Part shown: piece by piece, positions 63,404-64,000 of the stretch | Numbering within the stretch: the first letter of the stretch is position 1 | How the letters are laid out: the number at the start of each line of letters is the position of its first letter | Source: Neoconidiobolus thromboides FSU 785 | Lineage: Eukaryota; Fungi; Entomophthoromycota | Assembly (NCBI GenBank): GCA_025603075.1 | Contig: MU626275.1 | Span: 118,227-182,226, forward strand | Direction: 5' to 3' | DNA: 64,000 bases | Position numbers and translations under genes: made by a program | Notes under the pieces: model-generated | Databases searched by the model: none | Seen by the model: only the letters and a program-made list of their open reading frames with translations | Told to the model about the DNA's origin: nothing

Positions 63404-63473
63404 GAGGATGTTTTTTGGTTTTATTACTTTTCCATTTTTAAGCGCTATTTAGCGGGAAAATTCTTAGTAAAAT
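63404..63473 (-). mobile_element. MITE copy 26 (truncated, inverted next to copy 25)
   Basis: ATAT-GAGGATG end intact; other end lost. Confidence 0.75.
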
Positions 63474-63733
63474 TAGATAAAAAACATTTATACATAAAAA
63501 AATTAGAGTACTTTTGCGGTTTTATAAATCACTATAATATTAACTATATTAACAAGAGGTAAATTCATATCATAACATGTTCAAATATAGGATCGAGTTT
63601 ATTAATTAATATTATGCTTTATTTGCATTATTAAGAATTTGCCGTTTTAAATTAATTGTCCTGTACCATAATAATACTAGCACGTAATTTCAATAAAAAA
63701 TATTCGTTAAAGCAAGCGGCAATAGTAGTATAA

Positions 63734-64000
63734 TTAAGCTTTACATTTTACCTTCTTTACAATATTATAAACGTTTTTATGTGGTTGAGCAGTTGGTTGT
63801 AGTTCGGGTTTGACTTGTATTGGGGTTGAGACTACTACTGGTTTATTTTGAATTTGAGTTTGTTGTGGTGAAGTTTGGGTTTGGGCCTCAATTTGAGTTG
63901 AAGTTTGAGTTTGGGCCTGGGTAGTAGAAGGTTTAGGATCAGGTTTAGGATTTGGGTCAACATTAGATCCGTTTGGTGAAACAGTGATCATAGGTTGTTT
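63734..64000 (-). CDS. 3' end of a gene with a Pro/Thr/Gln-rich linker-like tail (runs off the right edge)
   Basis: Open frame to the window end with PKPDPKP and TQAQTQ repeats. Confidence 0.5.
   Translation of the reverse strand, partial: KQPMITVSPNGSNVDPNPKPDPKPSTTQAQTQTSTQIEAQTQTSPQQTQIQNKPVVVSTPIQVKPELQPTAQPHKNVYNIVKKVKCKA

Overview
Very AT-rich eukaryotic DNA with short GT-AG introns. Gene content (trypsins, CBM19 proteins, AA11-like LPMOs, fungal-type isocitrate lyase fold) suggests an early-diverging fungus, probably an entomophthoralean such as Conidiobolus; this is an inference. Housekeeping genes: KMO-like monooxygenase (cut by the left edge), POP4, maltose O-acetyltransferase, ABZ2-like lyase, tandem-PH protein, RasGEF, class I glutamine amidotransferase, prefoldin 4, VTI1, a 14-TM MFS transporter and an HPC2-like histone chaperone. 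Secreted proteins: a HExxH metalloprotease, two divergent trypsins, two Gly/Ser/Tyr-rich CBM19 proteins, a 10-repeat six-Cys protein, two AA11/CBM19-like genes interrupted by assembly gaps, and a 52-aa peptide. The most striking feature is a ~99-bp MITE with GGGGATG...CATCCCC termini present in about 26 copies. Its 4-bp target-site duplication can be read directly from the flanks (mostly ATAT, also ATTT, AAAT, ACTT, TCAT), which resembles Sola1 elements. One copy splits the signal anchor of a P450 pseudogene and supplies an in-frame replacement start. Also present: two 464-bp solo LTRs, an intact but catalytically stripped isocitrate-lyase homologue, an atypical intron-containing tRNA, and a decaying local family of unknown multi-exon paralogs.
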